Origin: the human T2T-CHM13v2.0 reference genome, Homo sapiens
DNA: 64,000 bases
Assembly (NCBI RefSeq): GCF_009914755.1
Contig: NC_060930.1
Direction: 5' to 3' (one strand)
The position numbers and the translations under genes are program-made. The notes beneath the pieces were generated by a model. The model saw only the letters and a list, made by a program, of their open reading frames with translations, searched no databases and was not told the DNA's origin. Below are positions 59,703-64,000 of this stretch, one piece after another (position 1 is the first letter of the stretch; each line of letters opens with the position of its first letter).

Positions 59703-60309
59703 TAATGAAAATTTTCTTCTAGTTTCTGAAACTTTTTTCATTTTCCTAATGATGTCCTTTGAGGAGCAGAAATTTTTAACGTTTATCAACCTCAATTTAG
59801 CTTTTTTCTTTTGTATCTAATGCTTTGTTTTTTATTGTATAAGAAACTCGTGCCTACTCCAAGTTACTAAGGATATTTGTCTAAGTTTTCATCTTAAATG
59901 TTTCTGTGTCTTGTTTTTAGATTCAGGTTTGAATTATTCTTTGTGTATCAAATGAAGTAGTTTTTGAAGTTCACGTCATTTCATACAGATATGCAAGTGA
60001 TTCCATGGTGTTTATTCAAAATACATTATGTTCATTCCTCTTCTAAATTCCCATTTTGACTTTGTTCAAATATCTATCCATCATATACATGTGTTTTTTC
60101 CCTCAACTGTCTATTCTTGTTCCTTGGTCCATTTGACTATTCTTACTCCACTACTACATATTCTTAACCACTGTTTCTTCACAGTACATTTTAAAACAAC
60201 ATGTGTAAGTACAGCAATTTAATTTTTTAAACAGTTTTGAGTATTCATATACATTTTGGAATAAGCTTCTCCAGTACTCCATATTAAGCACACTTAGATA
60301 TTATTTTCA

Positions 60310-60835
60310 TTTTTGGAATCTAGGTACAGTTTACATTTAGTGTGTTGAATAGACATCAAAGTCACCGAAAATGAGTTTTGACAAATGCATATGTAACCCA
60401 CAACCCCCTCAAAATACAAAACATTTTAATTACCTCAAAAAGATTGCTAGTCTCTTTCCCAGACTCCTATCTCTAACCCAGGAGGTTATCAATGTTCTGA
60501 TTTATTTCACCATAGTTTTTTTTTGGTCTAGATATATATATCTAGATATTTATATATCTAGATATATTTTATATATATATCTAGATAGTTATATGCACAT
60601 AGGATGTACCCTTTTTGTCGGTTTCTGTTGCTCATATTATGTTTTGAAGATTTTTTTTGTGTGTGTTTATGATTTTTTCCTTTTATTGGTGGCTTAGATG
60701 TCATTTTATGAATATAACCAAATTTTAAATCAATTCTTCTGTTAATGAATATTGGATTGTTTTCTATCTAATTTTTGACTACTATAGACAAGTTTGGGAT
60801 TAACATTTAAATAAATTGTATGGAAATATGTTTAT
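60310..60835 (-). mobile_element. Second L1ME-class 3' end
   Basis: atgagttttgacaaatgcatatgtaaccc..tcaaaatacaaaacatttt. Confidence 0.7.
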
Positions 60836-61127
60836 TAATTCATTAAGCTTTTCAAGTAATCACTTTCATTCATCAGTTTCTGTTTTTCTCTGGTATTCTG
60901 GGCATTGATAAAACTGCAGGGTTATGATACACTGTGGGGTTAGCTAGCTCTAAGGATTTCAAAAGAATTTTTCCAGGAATGGCCTGATGATAAGGCTGGG
61001 AGCATGGAAGTTATCTCCTGTCTTTTCTTAGTGTGTTCCAACATCACTCAAAAGTGCAGTGGCAGTAGCAGCTTTGCTTACCAGAAGTCTGGCACTTGCT
61101 TAGAGAGGCCAGCACTGGCAAAACTGT

Positions 61128-61480
61128 GGTTTATTGAATAGATTAATCGCCAAGATGCTGAGTATCATGTCAGGCATTTTGTAATACAACAGGGTTACAA
61201 GCATGGAAAAGGCAATTACAGCCTTCAGGAAAATAATATTCTAGAGGCAAGGAAGACTTTACATGGATAATCACCATGCAATGTGACAAGTATAATGATA
61301 AATTCTTTACCAGGTAGAGTAGCAGAAAATGAATAAGTATTTCAGTAATAGTGATTGATTCCTAAAATAAGTTTTAAAGTGTAAGTGGGAATTTTCTAGG
61401 CTGAAAGTAGTGCCAGTTGCAGGATTCCAAGTAATGAAATCAAAACCACAGAAATGGAGGCTAGAATTAGCATGTTGTGT
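61128..61480 (-). mobile_element. L2 3' remnant
   Basis: tcatgtcaggcatt..gccttcaggaa..aatgtgacaagt. Confidence 0.55.
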
Positions 61481-62773
61481 GCAAACACAATGTATATATT
61501 TTTATTTCACTTAACATAATTTCATTAACATTCTTCATATTTTTGCATAATCTGCATAATCAACATGTTTAAGAGCTGCATAATAGTCTACCAAGTTATC
61601 ATTTAAAACATTTTGAGGATAGTGCATTGCTTCTTTCAAAAGTTATTTCAAGTTTTAGAAATAAAAGATTATTAAAGTTAAATCATATAATGGATATAAA
61701 AGATTTACACTTTTAGGATTATGCATTTTATTATATTATTTCTTCTTATTTCTTCTCACTATAAAAGGTTTTGTGTATTTATTCTTTGTAAATATATAAC
61801 AGGCAGTATTATTCTTACTCAGCAGAGTCTTGGTATTTTAAACTCTAGAGGTCATATCAAATATTTTATCCATAAATACATCATTTTTGTGATCCAGTCA
61901 CCACTAAAGTGAAAAAGATTGAAGTGAAATTCATATCCTACAAAGCCCTCTTCCAAAAAGTAAATCTTGCTTGTCAAAAAACATGTATTAGTTTTTAACC
62001 ATAATTTTTCTGTGGTTCAGATACAACAAATAGTTTCATGTGTTTATGTACCCAACTATCCTCCTCCATCTACCCTCTAACTATCCTCTATCAATCTATT
62101 TATAGACCATATATACATATTGTGTTGAGGTCTTTAATGAACCAGATTCTCAACTGAAGTTGAAAATATGAACAACCTTATATCCATTGAGCCAATGTGC
62201 TCTATAGACGAAGAAATTTAAGGTGAATGAATGTTTTCTAGAGGTGGTGTAGTAACTGGAGGCAAGAGTATTCAAAAACATAGAATAAGTATGCCTATTC
62301 CAGCACACTGGAGAGTTTGTGTTTACCACCAATTATTTCTTTTTGTTTGATTACATAACTTCATTGAGACAGTTTAAATTGAATGGCATCTATTTCTTGT
62401 GGAATAAGTTCTTTACACAACTAGAAACTTAATTTTGCTTGCATCACCTATAACTAATATACCATATGAAAGATCATTTTTAGATATCTATGTGGGCCAT
62501 TGAAGTATCAAGTAATTTTACTCACTGCCTTGAGTTTTCTCTGTTATTTGAAGCCCAAACAAAATTAAATTGTACTTTCTCATTTTGGAGAAGAGGATAA
62601 GGGAATGGTTGAGATTATCTTTGAAAACTAACAAGTTAATTAGAAAATGAATCGTTTGTATTTATTTATTATTTTTATAAAATCTCTTGTAGATACTAGG
62701 ATATACATAAAGACAATACAAAGCAAATGAAGTTAGAATATGAAACTTAGAACTTATAAGAAAATGGTAGTAA

Positions 62774-63188
<415 letters not shown>

Positions 63189-63471
63189 TGACATGCTATG
63201 TTATTTCAATCATAAAACAATCAAATGTCTCCTCTTTTCTGAGTGATTAATACAAAAGATTGGCTACTATTAAAGTCTTATTAGCTTAGTTTTCTGGAAT
63301 TAAATTTCGAATTTAGATTTTATTTTCTCATTCTTTAATGTACCTTTCATTTTAGTATCAGGATATTTATATCACTTATGATTTTAAAATATTAAGGTAG
63401 TTCTGGACTTCTATTTGCCTACATGATTCAAAGTTCTTTGTGAAAAAAAATCAACATTTATTGTTAATTAT

Positions 63472-63790
63472 TCTTTTTGTTTGCTTGTTTTGTTTTTGAG
63501 ACAGGGTCTGGTTCTCTTGCCCTGGCTGGAGTGCAGTGGTGCAACTGACTCACTGCAACACCCACCTCCAGAGCTCAAGTGATCCTTCCACCTCATCCTC
63601 CCACCTCAGCCTCCTGAGTAGCTGGGACTTCAGGTGCAAACCACCAAACCTGAACAATGTTTGTATTTTTTGAATAGTCAGGGTTTCACCATGTTGCCCA
63701 GGCTGATCTCCAACTCCTGAGCTCAAGTGAGCTGGCCGCCTCAAACTCCCAAAGTGCTGAGAATACAGGCATGAGTCACTGTGCCAGACC
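63472..63790 (-). mobile_element. AluJ with a small internal duplication
   Basis: gagacagggtct..gctcaagtgatcc; atcctyccacctc present twice; TSD tattctt. Confidence 0.92.
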
Positions 63791-64000
63791 AAATATTCTT
63801 AATTCTAAAAGAAACGTGGTCCCACTCACTCTGTAATATTGCTATATAAAATTTTAACTCTTTGATACCAGAAAACTGATGAGGATTTTATGACAACTAA
63901 AAATCATCACCAGGTAAGTCTCCTTTCCCAAAACTACTATAACACTCTACAAATTATTAATAAGTTGAGCAAGTAGCTCTGGATTTGAGGAAATTATCTG

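Larger units (their letters stand above)
57950..60290 (-). mobile_element. L1ME-class 3' portion, split by an LTR and a TA-rich repeat
   Basis: tttttattgaaata..ttttcacaagtgtatacacctgt; gttgagcaccttttcatgtg; ctttgaggagcagaaattttt. Confidence 0.78.

Noticed and set aside
60915-61080. Possible old LTR fragment
   Set aside because: Could not assign a family with any confidence.

Overview
This is AT-rich primate (very probably human) intergenic or deep-intronic DNA, made mostly of decayed, nested transposable elements. I found no credible protein-coding gene, RNA gene or CRISPR array. The long ORFs in the track are either microsatellite read-through or disrupted L1 ORF2/Tigger1 fragments. Main contents: a palindromic DNA1_Mam-like MITE split by MER1A; a 4.5-kb L1PB1 with a palindromic VNTR and an in-frame ORF2 deletion; a deep L2>L1M>L1PA>L1PA3/Alu nest; two twin-primed (5'-inverted) L1s with clean TSDs; a ~0.9-kb (TA/TG) tract; a full-length Tigger1 carrying an Alu and a MER4 LTR; a ~2.15-kb GC-rich MER52 LTR; and a two-LTR non-autonomous ERV1 provirus (LTR54-like, decayed tRNA-Glu PBS, PPT). 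I cannot support a new biological system here. The best leads are (i) a recurring signature in which TA-seeded repeats copy their flank in inverted orientation, (ii) an unexplained ~170-bp segment next to the MER52 LTR, and (iii) possible captured cellular cargo inside the ERV. Repeat subfamily names come from my recall of consensus sequences, not from a search.
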